DNA of 63,738 nt, counting the filler, from Chiloscyllium plagiosum (lineage: Eukaryota): the NCBI RefSeq assembly GCF_004010195.1. It is 4 parts of one record of this genome, joined end to end, with 100 filler letters (N's around TTAATTAATTAA, not from the genome) between each part and the next. Parts side by side here need not be neighbours in the genome. Positions count along the whole stretch, not along the records: positions 43,074 to 63,738 come from NC_057712.1; 3 more parts are not named here. One strand, 5' to 3'. Under the pieces are notes generated by a model that ran no database searches, was not told the DNA's origin, and was given only the letters and a program-made list of their open reading frames with translations. Each line of letters starts with the position of its first letter. Position 1 is the first letter of the stretch. Both the position numbers and the translations under genes were made by a program. Positions 50,982 to 63,124 of the stretch are shown here, piece by piece.

Positions 50982-51999
50982 TAGACAATAGACAATAGGT
51001 GCAGGAGTAGGCCATTCAGCCCTTCGAGCCTGCACCACCATTCAATATGATCATGGCTGATCATCCTTATTCAGTATCCTGTTCCTGCCTTATCTCCATA
51101 ACCCTTGATTCCACTATCCTTGAGAGCTCTATCCAACTCTTTTTTAAACAAATCCAGAGACTGGGCCTCCACTGCCCTCTGAGGCAGCACATTCCACACA
51201 GCCACCACTCTCTGGGTGAAGAAGTTTCTCCTCATCTCTGTCCTAAATGGTCTACCCCGTATTTTTAAGCTGTGTCCTCTGGTTCGGCACTCACCCATCA
51301 GCGGAAACATGTTTCCTGCCTCCAGAGTGTCCAATCCTTTAATAATCTTATACGTCTCAATCAGTTCCCCTCTCAGTCTTCTAAAGTCAAGGGTATACAA
51401 GCCCAGTCGCTCCAATCTTTCAACATAAGATAGTCCCACCATTCCAGGAACTGACCTCATGAACCTACACTGCACTCCCTCAATAGGCAGAATGTCTTTC
51501 CTCAAATTTGGAGACCAGAACTGCACACAATATTTCAGGTGCGGTCTCACCAGGGCCCTGTACAGCTGCAGAAGAACCTCTTTGCTTCTATACTCAATCC
51601 CTCTTGTTATGAAGGCCAGCATGCTATTAGCCTTCTTCACTACCTGCTGTACCTGCATGCTTACCTTCATTGACTGGTGTAGAAGAACACCCAGATCTCT
51701 TTGTACTGCCCCTTTACCTAAATTGATTCCACTTAGGTGGTAATCTGCCTTCCTGTTCTTGCCACCAAAGTGGATAAGGATCCATTTATCCACGTGAAAG
51801 TGCATCTGCCATGCATCTGAGCACTCACCTAACTTGTCCAGGTCACCCTGTAATCTCCTAACATCCTCATCACATTTCACCCTGCCACCCAGCTGATGAA
51901 ATTTGCGAATGTTACTGCTAATACCATCTTGTATATCCTGAAGATAGATTGTAAAAAGCTGCGGTCCCAGTACTGATCCGTGCGGTACCCCACTGGTCA
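50982..51999 (-). mobile_element. CR1 3' part fused to 5S rDNA spacer (copy 1)
   Basis: (CTATTGT)n tail. ORF 51071-52225 reads from spacer-derived sequence into TSGVPHGSVLGPQLF; the FADD motif is deleted (RKFHQLGG). Confidence 0.9.
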
Positions 52000-52305
52000 G
52001 TGCCCGGCATTCCGAAATGGAGGGGTGGAGGAGTGTGGAAGGATGAGAGAATGCAGGCTGCGGCCCTATGAAGCAGGGGGAGGGCTTGCAGTTGGCCTGT
52101 GTGGGGATGTGGGAGACTACAGGAGCCTGGCGGCCAAGGGCTGGCTGAAAGGCAGCTGGAGGAACGGAGGGAGGGAAGCACGCACAGAGGAGGAAGAGCA
52201 AAGAGAAAAGAGAAAAAAAAGCCAAAGGGGATAAAGAGAAAGAGCAACAAAGAAAATGTGGCTGGCCAGCACGCCTTGAAGTAGGGAGAAAAGGCAGAGA
52301 CCAGC

Positions 52306-52425
52306 ACCTACGGCCATACTAGTCTGAAAACGCCCGATCTCGTCTGATCTCGGAAGCTAAGCAGACTCAGGCCTGGTTAGTACTTGGACGGGAGACCGCC
52401 TGGGAATACCAGGTGCAGTAGGCTT
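52306..52425 (+). rRNA. 5S rRNA gene (variant or pseudogene) with flanking spacer at about 52000-52305 and 52429-52504
   Basis: 120 nt, ACCTACGGCCATAC...CCCGATCTCGTCTGATCTCGGAAGCTAAGCAG...GGTTAGTACTTGGACGGGAGACCGCCTGGGAATACCAGGTG. Box A and box C are present, with a T5 Pol III terminator at 52424-52428. The first base is A and box C has GGAC for GGAT. Confidence 0.95.
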
Positions 52426-52525
52426 TTTCCGCCAGCAGTGGCTGCTCAAGTCACCCCTCTGCACTTGTCTTGGGCCAGGCAATGGAGCGGCAGGTTATTT
52501 CTGCNNNNNNNNNNNNNNNNNNNNN

Positions 52526-52881
52526 GTGGTACAACATTAGCCACCCTTCAATCCACAGGAACTGTTTCCGAATATATTGAACTCTCTAAAATAATCACCA
52601 ACGCATCCACGATTTCTCGAGCCACTTCCTTCAGTACCCTGGGATGTAGACCATCAGGCCCCGGAGACTTATCAATCTTCAGACCTAACAGTCTGTCCAA
52701 CACCAAATCCTGGCAAATATAAATTCCCTTCAGTTCAGGTCCTTCAGCCACTGTTACCTCAGGGAGATTGCTTGTGTCTTCCCCAGTGAACACAGATCTG
52801 AAGTACCAATTCAATTCTTCTGCCATTTCTTTGTTCCCCATAATCTCTTCCCCTGTTTGTGTCTTCAAGGGCCCAATTTTA
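52526..52881 (-). mobile_element. CR1 ORF2 mid fragment; continues at 59830-60290
   Basis: EMAEELNWYFRSVFT...DKSPGPDGLHPRVLKEVA. Confidence 0.88.
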
Positions 52882-52884
52882 CAC

Positions 52885-53520
52885 CCTCATCCAGGTCATT
52901 TATGGGTTGGTGATGTCATTTCCTGTTCTTTTTCTCAGGGGGTGGTAGATCAGGTCTAACTCAATGTGTTTGTTGATAGAGTTCCGGTTAGAATGCCATG
53001 ATTCTAGGAGTTCTCGTGCGTGTCTCTGTTTGGCTTGTCCTAGGGTGGATGTGTTGTCCCAGTCGAAGTGTCCTTCCTCATCTGTATGTAAGGATTAGTG
53101 AGACATGACCCTCTCTCACTAATATTCTTACAGACACAAAAGAATTCCTCGAATCATGGCAACACATTATAAGACCATAAGACATAGAAGTGGAAGTAAG
53201 GCCATTCCGCCCATTGAGTCCACTCTGTCATTCAATCAAGGCTGATGGGCATTTCAACTCCACTTACCCGCATTCTCCGCATAGTCCTTAATTCCTTATG
53301 ACATCAAGAATTTATCAATTGAGTTAGACCCCATCTACCACCCCTGAGAAAAAGCACAGAAAATGACGTTACCAACCCAAAGAAACCCAAACATACAAAT
53401 AGAAAACAGGAATCATCAGCAGTGCTTCGTCCAGAGGCTCACTGAAGATGTTACCTAGTATGGTGACAAAACGTTTGAAAATGACCCTTCCAGCTCAGCG
53501 AGCAAACCTACATCCAGAAC
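52885..53520. mobile_element. Poseidon-like Penelope 3' ends in inverted arrangement, with a CR1 tail inserted at about 53169-53318
   Basis: Minus strand gives FDWDNTSTLGQAKQRHARELLESWHSNRNSINKHIELD. The plus copy ends in CTGAAGA-T-GTTACC-TAGTAT-GGTGAC-AAAAC-GT (a decayed hammerhead). Confidence 0.78.
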
Positions 53521-54161
53521 TTACCGAATACTGAGACACTTGTTTAGAGTGGATATGGAGAAGATGTTTCCACTAGTGAGGGGGGCTAGGACCTGAAGGT
53601 ACAGCCTCAGAATGAAGGAATGACCCTTTAGAATGGAGATGAGGGGGAATTTCTTCAGCCAGAGCGGGGTGAATCCGTGGGACTCATTGCTGCAGAGGGC
53701 TGTGGAGGCCAAGTCATTGAGTTTATTTAATACATTTAGATATATTCTTGATTAGTAAAGGGATCAAGGGTTAACAGGGGGAAAGCTGGAGAATGTGGTT
53801 GAGAAACGTGTTGGCCATAGTCCAATGGCAGAGCAGACTAGATAGTGCAAAATGGTCTAATTCTGCTCCTACATCTTACAGTTATAATCTTAATTACATT
53901 CATGTAGTATTCTGAACAAATAAATTAATAAACCCTTAAATAGATGTTGAATGGATCTGATCTTATAGACATTACAAAAGATCCCCACAGAAACATTAGC
54001 CAGAGCACAACAGAATTTAGCATCCTGTTAGAGAGGGAGGATCTTGGATACAAAACAATTCCACTCAGCTTAAATAAAGGTAATCACAAAGGAATGAGGG
54101 CAGAGCTTGTGGAACAATAGCAGACACTTAAGTAAATAAGTTGTGATTCACAGCAAAGGTA

Positions 54162-54347
54162 CAGATCATTTGGTATAACATGGATCTTGTCAATGCCAAT
54201 TGGCTATAATGCGATTGACAAATTGTGGACGCTATCTGGATATCGCAAATTTTCTACTGAACGGGTATAGCGATCATCTACAGCGTGATTTACTAAAGCA
54301 CGAGGTTACAGAGGAACGCAACTGTTGTATTAGAGCAGAACAAGCTG
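54162..54347. mobile_element. Tigger/pogo-like MITE with TA TSD, inserted in a CR1 fragment
   Basis: TA-CAG...CTG-TA ends with degenerate TIRs. Removing it restores the CR1-like CAGCAAAGGTACATTCCAATGAGG (QQRYIPMR). Confidence 0.65.
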
Positions 54348-55759
54348 TACATTCCAATGAGGAAGGAGGATCATAGGAAGGAGATAAGCCAACTATGGTT
54401 ACCAGGGAAGTTAAGGATAGCATCCGATTGGGAAAAAAACATACAATGTAGCCTAGATTGGTGGTAAGTCAGAGTAATGGGAAAGTTTTAAAAGCCAACA
54501 AAAGATGGCCAAAAAAAAAAGCGAGAAAATAAACATTGAAGGTAAACTAACAAGAAATATAAACACAGTCAGATCATCTTCCAATACATCGAGAGGAAGA
54601 GAGAAGCCAAAGTGACCATAGACCCCTTCGAGAATGAGGCTGGGGAAATAATAAAGAGGAACCAGGAAATGGCAGAGGAGTTAAATAAATACTTTTGCAT
54701 CAGTCTGCACTGTAGTGACTCAAATAGCATTCCAAACTTACTAAATATCCACAGGGCAAAAAGTACTTGGGGGAGAAGAGAGAAAACAATAGAATCATTA
54801 ACTCGAGAGTTAAAGTACAAGGGAAATCAATTAAGCGAAATGCTGATGAGGATTGGAACATTGGCAGTATAATATCCTTACTTACAAGGGAGGGGAGGGG
54901 AGAGGAGAGGAGAGGAGGAGTCGTCAAAATACCAGTAGCTTGGGTCTGTTATTTGGAAAATGTTGGAGTCTACTTTAAGGGATATAACAGCACAGCATTG
55001 CGAAATACAATCTACACAGCTCTCTTTTTGAATCCTAAAATGTAGACCACTGGGTCCTTCATTAGATTTTGGCCCTTGGGATATGCAGCATTTTTTTTAA
55101 TCACTCCGTGTTAAGCACCCTACTTTTCTCAATCTCTTTAGACAACTCTGTCTCTCTGGGTTGTAAATTTGTCTTCTACTGTCTCCTGGGACATTTCTCC
55201 ATTCTCCAGAATTTCTCATGTCTCTGCCTCGAAGGGACCAACATTTACTGTACCTGCGTTTTAGATACTTGCAAAGCTTGGATTGTCTGTTTTTATAATC
55301 CTAGCTGGTTAACTCATTTTCTATTCCCTTTATCAACCTTTGCTAGCCATTTGCTGTTTCCAAACAGTTTCAACCCTCAGGCTTGCCAATCTCCTTTGCA
55401 ATATCATATTATAAAACGGTCTTTGTATAATCTAGTAAAAACAGATCTTTCTCAGTGAGCTTTTTGATTATTTTTGCAATGTATTTTTGTTGAACATTTT
55501 TCATGATAATTTTAAATGTTTCTGTATTTACTGTCACACCTTTTAGAATATTTACACAGTCAGTGATTCCTATGAACAGCTTATGTTCAAAATATTAACT
55601 TTCCCGCTCCTCGGATGCCTCCTGACCTGCTGGGCTTTTCCAGCACCACACTCTGACAATTCAGCACAGCCAGGTCCTCCCGCATACTTAAGGAAATGGC
55701 TTTGTTTCAATTGAAAACACTCTGGAGTGGAGTACATACTTTCAAACATACATAAAAGC

Positions 55760-56582
55760 ATAGATACGAGGAGCAGCAGAAGGCCACTTGGCCCTTCGAG
55801 CCGGCTTCTTCAATAGGATCATGGCTGATCATCCAACACTACCCTGTTCCAGCTTTGTTTGCAGACCCTCTAGCCCTAAGAACTTTATCTAACACCTTTG
55901 CAAAATTATTCAATATTTTGGCCACATTGCTTTTTGTTTCAGAGAATTCCTCAGGCTCATCACTCTCCAGGTGAAGATATCTCTCCTCACCTGAGTCCTA
56001 AAAGGCCTAGCCTATATCCTTAACTATCCCCCTGCCCTGTCAGCGAGAGCATTGTTCCTGTGTTTACCCTGCCTCCTAACCGATACAGTTTCACTTCATC
56101 CATCAGCCCTGCCCTCCCAGGAATCAGTCTGGTAACCCTTCGCTGCCCTCCCTCCATCACCACAACATCCTTCCTCAGATAAAGAGACCAAACCTGTCCA
56201 TAATACTCCAAGTGTGGTCTCCCCAAGGCCCTGTATAATTGCAGCAAGACCTCCCTGCTCCTGGACTCGAATCCTCTCACTATGTCGGCCAACATCCCAT
56301 TTCCCTTCCTCACCGCCTGCTGCACGCTTACTTTCAGAGACTGGGGTACAAGGACACCCGGGTGCCATTGCCCCTGCCCCTTTCCCAACCTGTCCCCATT
56401 CAGATCATCATCTGCCTTCCTGACCCCCCCAACCCCTCACATTTATCCACATTATCCTGCATCTGCCATGTATTTCCCCACTCCCTCAGTCTGTCCAAAT
56501 CCCACTGAGACATCTCTGCATGCTCCTCACAGCTCACTCTCCCCCCCAGCTTCGTGCTGTCTGCAAACCTGGAGAGATTATG
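55760..56582 (-). mobile_element. Decayed CR1 3' region
   Basis: FADSTKLGGRVSCEE and RPHLEYYGQVWS. Confidence 0.85.
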
Positions 56583-56779
56583 GAAATCAATTGTCAATAA
56601 ATACTATGTCTGAGTGGATCTTTTACAACATTAATAATTAATCATGCCTTGTTGCAAAATGCTAGATCTAAAAGTTTTTAATAGCAACCTAGTTGGTGCA
56701 ACAACATATGGCTCCACAGAAATATTCTGTAAACTTGCCTTCCACACCATCTTTCCTATTCTGACTCAGCTAATCAAAA

Positions 56780-57331
56780 TAGCCCATTGAGAAGGTGGGG
56801 GTGAGCTGCCTTCTTGAACTGCTGCTGAGGGTTGATCCACAATGCCCTTAGAGAATTTTGACAGCAACAGTGAAGGAACGGCAGTATATTTCCCAGTCAG
56901 GATGGGGAGTGGTTTGGAGGGGAACTTGCAGGGGGTGGTGTTCCCATGTATCTGCTGCCCTTGTCCTTCTAGATGGAAGTGGTCGTGTGTTTGGAAGGTG
57001 CTGTCTGAGGATCTTTAGTGAATTTCTGCAGTGCATCTTGTAGATGATAAATTGTGCTGTGACTGAGCATTGGAGATGAATGGAGAGGATGGTTGTGGAA
57101 GTGGTGCCAATCAAGCGGCTGCTTTGTCCTGGATGGTTGAGCTTCTTGAGTGTTGTTGGAGCTGTCCCCATCCAGGCAAGTGGGGAGTATTCCCGCACAC
57201 TCGTGACCTGTGCCTTGTAGATGGTGGACAGGCTTCGGGGAGTTACTCACCACAGTATTCCCAACCTCTGACCTGCTCTTGTAGCCACTGTGTTTATATG
57301 GTGAGTCAGGTTGGCTTTCTGGTCAATGCTA
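56780..57331 (-). mobile_element. Old CR1/L2-group LINE 3' fragment (different family; a related 3' end at about 11890-12065, +)
   Basis: EYSPLAWMGTAPTTLKKL...IYKMHCRNS, with a shared AAGGCAGCTCA 3' motif. Confidence 0.65.
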
Positions 57332-58278
57332 GGAGAAAGTGAGGACTGCAGATGCTGGAGATCAGAGCTGAAAACGAGTTGCTGGAAAAGCACAGCAGGT
57401 CAGGCATCATCCAGGGAACAGGAGAATCGACATTTCGGGCATGAGCCCTTCTTCAGGAATGAGGAGGGTGTGCCAAGCGAGCTAAGATAAAAGGTAGGGA
57501 GGAGGGACTTGGGGGAGGGGCGTTGGAAATGCGATAGGTGGAAGGAGGTTAAGGTGAGGGTGATAGGCCGGAGTGGTGGTGGGAGCGGAGAGGTCAGGAA
57601 GAAGATTGCAGGTTAGGAAGGCAGTGCTGAGTTCGAGGGTTGGGACTGAGACAAGGTGGGGGGAGGGGAAAATGAGGAAACTGGAGAAGTCTGAGTTTTT
57701 CCCTTGTGGTTGGAGGGTTCCTAGGCGGAAGATGAGGCGCTCTTCCTCCAGCCGTCATGTTGCTATGGTCTGGCAATGGAGGAGTCCAAGGACTTGCATG
57801 TCTTTAATGGAGTGGGAGGGGGAGTTGAAATGTTGAGCCATGGGGTGGTTGGATTGGTTGGTCCGGGTGTCCCAGAGGTGTTCTCTGAAACGTTCACAAG
57901 TAGGCGGCCTGTCTCCCCAATATAGAGGAGGCCACATCGGGTGCAGCGGATGCAGTAAATGATATGTGTGGAGGTGCAGGTGAATGTGTGGCGGATTTGT
58001 CGAAGTATCCCTTGGGGCCTTGGAGGGAGGTGAGGGGGGAGGTGTGGGCGCAAGTTTTGCATTTCTTACGGTTGCAGGGGAAGGTGCCGGGAGTGGAGGT
58101 TGGGTTGGTGGGGGGTGTGGACCTGACGAGGGAGTCATGGAGGGAGTGGTCTTTTCGGAACGCTGATAGGGGAGGGGAGGGAGATATATTCCTGGTGGTG
58201 GGGTCTGTTTGGAGGTGGCGGAAATGACGACGGATGATACGATGTATGTGGAGGTTGGTAGGCTGGTAGGTGAGGTCG
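57332..58278 (-). mobile_element. 5'-truncated Neptune-like Penelope element with 16-bp TSD
   Basis: Cys linker TFPCNRKKCKTCAH, GIY-YIG motif IIYCIRCTRCGLLYIGETGR...RFREH and a terminal repeat with a hammerhead variant at 57429-57456. TTTCTGGTCAATGCTA flanks it at 57316-57331 and 58279-58294. Confidence 0.93.
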
Positions 58279-58532
58279 TTTCTGGTCAATGCTAACAGTC
58301 AGAATGTTGATTATGGGGGAATTCAGTGATGGTAATGTAAATGAATACCAAGTGGGCAATGGTTGCATTCTCTCTGGTTGGAGATGGCCATGTCCTGGCA
58401 CTTTGTACCTTGTCCAACTTCCTTTCAGAATTGGTACTTGGAACTTCAGACATTTCTTATGAAAAAGATATGGATGGAGCTCTCCAGAAGCTAACATTTT
58501 GATTTAGACTTACTACATAGCCATCGACAGTA

Positions 58533-59830
58533 AATAGACAATAGGTGCAGGAGTAGGCCATTCTGCCCTTCGAGCCTGCACCACCATTCAATATGATCAT
58601 GGCTGATCATCCTTAATCAGTATCCTGTTCCTGCCTTATCTCCATAACCCTTGATTCCACTATCCTTGAGAGCTCTATCCAACTCTTTCTTAAATGAATC
58701 CAGAGACTGGGCCTCCACTGCCCTCTGGGGCAGAGCATTCCACACAGCCACCACTCTCTGGGTGAAGAAGTTTCTCCCCATCTCTGTCCTAAATGGTCTA
58801 CCCCGTATTTTTAAGCTGTGTCCTCTGTTTCGGCACTCACCCCGCAGCGGAAACATGTTGCCTGCCGCCAGAGTGTCCAATCCTTTGATCATCTTATATG
58901 TCCCAACCAGATCCCCTCTCAGTCTTCTAAACTCAAGGGTACACAAGCCCAGTCGCTCCAGTCTTTCAGTGTAAGGTAATCCCGCCATTCCAAGAATTGA
59001 CCTCGTGAACCTACGCTGCATTCCCTCAATAGCCAGAATGTCTCTCCTCAAATTTGGAGACCAGAACTGCACACAGTACTCCAGGTGTGGTCTCACCAGG
59101 GCCCTGTACAGCTGCAGAAGGACCTCTTTGCTTCTATACTCAATCCCTCTTGTTATGAAGGCCAGCATGCTATTAGCCTTCTTCACTACCTGCTGTACCT
59201 GCATGCTTACCTTCATTGAGTGGTGTACAAGAACCCCCAGATCTCTCTGTACTGCCCCTTTACCTAAATTGATTCCACTTAGGTGGTAATCTGCCTTCCT
59301 GTTCTTGCCACCAAAGTGGATAAGGATCCATTTATCCACGTGAAAGTGCATCTGCCATGCATCTGAGCACTCACCTAACTTGTCCAGGTCACCCTGTAAT
59401 CTCCTAACATCCTCATCACATTTCACCCTGCCACCCAGCTGATGAAATTTGCGAATGTTATTGCGAATACCATCTTGTATATCCTGAAGATAGATTGTAA
59501 AAAGCTGCGGTCCCAGTACTGACCCGTGCGGTACCCCACTGGTCAGTGCCTGGCATTCCGAAATGGAGGGGTGGAGGAGTGTGGAAGGATGAGAGAATGC
59601 AGGCTGCAGCCCTATGAAGCAGGGGGAGGGCTTGCAGTTCGCCTGTGTGGGGATGTGGGAGACTACAGGAGCCTGGCGGCCAAGGGCTGGCTGAAAGGCA
59701 GCTGGAGGGACGGAGGGAGGGAAGCACGCACGGAGGAGGAAGAGCAAAGAGAAAAGAGAAAAAAAAGCCAAAGGGGATAAAGAGAAAGAGCAAGAAAGAA
59801 AATGTGGCTGGCCAGCACGCCTTGAAGTAG
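58533..59830 (-). mobile_element. CR1 3' part fused to 5S rDNA spacer (copy 2, without the 5S gene)
   Basis: Collinear with 50985-52284: the same junction, the same FADD deletion and a 384-aa ORF at 58617-59771. Confidence 0.9.
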
Positions 59831-60290
59831 TGTCTTCAAGGGCCCAATTTTAGTCTTAACCATTTTTTTGCCTTTCACATGCCTAAAAAAGCTTTTACTA
59901 TCCTCCTTTATATTTTTGGCCAGTTTACCTTCGTACCTCATTTTTTCTCTGCGTACTTCCTTCTTAGTAATGCTCTGTTGTTCTTTAAAAGCTTCCCAGT
60001 CCTCCCTTTTCCCACTTATCTTTGCTATGTTATACTCTTTCTCTTTTAACTTTATATGTTTCTTGACTTCCCTCGTCAGCCACGGCCACCCATGTCTCCT
60101 CCTGGGATCTTTCTTCCTTTTTGGAATGAACTGACCCTGCAACTTCTGCATTATACACAGAAATATCCGCCATTGTTCCTCAACTGTCATCCCTGCTAAG
60201 GTATTGCACCATTGAATTTTGGCCAGCTCCTCCCTTATAGCTCCATAGTTCCCTTTATTCAACTGAAATATTGTTACTTCCTATTGAAGG
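59830..60290 (-). mobile_element. CR1 ORF2 linker fragment
   Basis: PWLTREVKKHIK...SKSFFRHVKGKKMVKTKIGPLKT. Confidence 0.85.
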
Positions 60291-60329
60291 GCACTGCTGT
60301 CAGGTGCCTGGATTGGCTGAGCTGGTCAA

Positions 60330-61230
60330 ACCACCCTGCGTTTGGCAAGATTCACCTGACGCTGAAGACAATCTACACAAAGTCAGCATTTTTCACAGAA
60401 CAAGCTGAAGGACAAGGAGACATTTTCAGCCTTCTCCAACTATGGTCACACAACATCGAAGAACAGAGGGCAATCTCCAGCCGAGAATGCAGAGGGACAA
60501 CCAACAAAGAACGATCGATTATTGACCCAACATGGAAGTTGAACAGTCAAAGAAAGCTGGTGAAGAGCAAGAGGGACCTGGAAAAGAACACTGAGCAAAT
60601 ACAAGGTGATAATGAGAAGTACTGCACGAGAAAGTCATGAGAATGTAGAGACTTAAACAACAGGGAAGCAGCTGGAAACGTACACTCCTCCAGTATGCTG
60701 TACAAGATTGTACAGGAAATGATCCAAACAATGAGTATCCAAGCTGATACCAAACTGCAGCTAGGATAACAGCATGCTTTCACTAAGCAAGGTGCAGGCA
60801 GCAAGGTGAGTGGGAGATTGTCAAGCAACCCAACCCTGATTTCAAAAGGGAGAGAATAACAGCTGTCAGCCTGGAACAAAGTGCCAGAGCTAGGTCTGAA
60901 GAAACAGCAAGAATCTGATAAACAAGACATTCCATTGAGCAGTTCAAACATGACAAGAAATCTGTCACAGAACTGCTCAACAAGCTCTGGACAGCAGAGG
61001 ACACCCTGGATGTGACTGCAGAGATGTAATTGTTAATCTGCTGAAGGAAGACACCAGCAAGGACAGCAATAACAGGAAGGAGAGAAAGATCTGAGGATGT
61101 TAGTCAGCAAGGTGCTGTCCAACAAGGGGGAAGCAGACCAAATCTTTGGCATACTTCCTGAGGGCACAGCACAGCACACTTTATGTTCAGTGTCAGATGG
61201 CTTTCCACCACTTCGAATCACTGGGACATC
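60330..61230 (+). mobile_element. Possible highly decayed RTE-type LINE
   Basis: Purine-rich coding-like sequence with a weak RD.IVNL.K...DSNN.....VSKVL remnant near 61020-61120. Confidence 0.3.
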
Positions 61231-61774
61231 TCCACATCCCGCAGTCACTCTCGGACACTCCTGTACCCCACAGTNNNNNNNNNNNNNNNNNNNNNNNNNN
61301 NNNNNNNNNNNNNNNNNNNNNNNNNNNNNNNNNNNNNNNNNNNNNNNNNNNNNNNNNNNNNNNNNNNNNNNNNNNNNNNNNNNNNNNNNNNNNNNNNNNN
61401 NNNNNNNNNNNNNNNNNNNNNNNNNNNNNNNNNNNNNNNNNNNNNNNNNNNNNNNNNNNNNNNNNNNNNNNNNNNNNNNNNNNNNNNNNNNNNNNNNNNN
61501 NNNNNNNNNNNNNNNNNNNNNNNNNNNNNNNNNNNNNNNNNNNNNNNNNNNNNNNNNNNNNNNNNNNNNNNNNNNNNNNNNNNNNNNNNNNNNNNNNNNN
61601 NNNNNNNNNNNNNNNNNNNNNNNNNNNNNNNNNNNNNNNNNNNNNNNNNNNNNNNNNNNNNNNNNNNNNNNNNNNNNNNNNNNNNNNNNNNNNNNNNNNN
61701 NNNNNNNNNNNNNNNNNNNNNNNNNNNNNNNNNNNNNNNNNNNNNNNNNNNNNNNNNNNNNNNNNNNNNNNNNN

Positions 61775-63050
61775 GTGTATTTGAGTTTACCTGTCCTTCT
61801 CTCCACTCCACATGCTTTGGAGGGGGTACAGAAAAGGTTTACCAGGACGTTGCCTGGTATGGGGGATTTTAGCGATGAAGAACAGTTGACTAGACTGGGT
61901 TTGTTTTCACTGGAACACAATAGGTTTTGTGGGGACCTAATAGAAGTTATAAGATTGTGAATGGAATGGATAAAGGCTTTTTCCCAGGTAGGAGGGGGCA
62001 ATTAGTAGGAGACATAGATTCAAGGTGAGAGGGGAGAAGTTTAAAAGAGATGTGTGAGGCAGGTTTTTCACAAACGGTGGGGAGTGCCTGGAACGCGCTG
62101 CCAGAGGAGGGGATGGAAACAAACACAATAGCAACATTCAAGAAGCACCTGGAGGAATACATAAATAGGAAGGGAATAGGGGGATACGGATCCTGTAAGT
62201 GAAGACAGTTGAGTATGGAAGGGCAAAATGTGTCAGTGCAGGCTTGGAGGGCCGAATGGCCTGTTCCTGTGCTGTACTGTTCTTTACTCACTGACCAGTA
62301 AACGCAAGCATACTAAATGCCTTCCTCATTACCATCTACCTGCGACTGGACTTTCAAGGAACCTTGAACCTGAACTCAAAGGTCTCTTTGCTCAACAACA
62401 CTCCCAAGAACATTAAAATGTGTACGTCCTGCCCCGAGTTGCCTTTCCAAAATGTAGTACCTCATATTTATCTAAATTAAACTCCATCTGCCACTCCTCA
62501 GCCCATCTGAACAAGGCCCTAGCTGGACTCTGAGGTAACCTGCTTCACTGTCCAGTACACCTCCAATTTTGGTGTCAATATCAGACTTACTAACAAAGCC
62601 TCCTATATTCACATCCAAATCATGTATATAAATGACAAAAACACAGTGGACCCAGCACCAATCATTGTGGATAAAGGCCACCAGTCCAAACACCAACCCT
62701 ACAACACCACTCTGTCCCCTACCTTCAAGCCAATTTTATATCCAAATGGCTAGTTCTCCCTGTATTCCACGTGATCTAACCTTGCTGACCAGTCTCCCAT
62801 GCCAGGGGAGGTAACAAACACCTACTGACGTCCATATAGATCACATCTACGCTCTGCCCTCATCAATCCTCTTTGTTACTTCTTCAAAAAACTCAATCAA
62901 GTTTGTGAGACATGATTTCCCACGCACAAAGCCATGTTGACTATCCCTAATCAGTTCTTGCCTTTCCAAATACATGTACATCCTGTCCCTCAGGTTTCCC
63001 TCCAACAACTTGCCCATATTCCTGACGTCAGGCTCACCGGTCTATAGTTA
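61775..63050. mobile_element. CR1 fragments (+ 61775-62285; - 62290-63050)
   Basis: ALEGVQKRFTRTLPGM plus 3' UTR on the + strand; IYIHDLDVNIGGFVSK on the - strand. Confidence 0.85.
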
Positions 63051-63124
63051 TCTGGATTTTACTGGTTATTTTCCCCCTAGCCCCTTTACCAGATGATAAC
63101 AATTCCGGTTGACTCTTCGCATTC

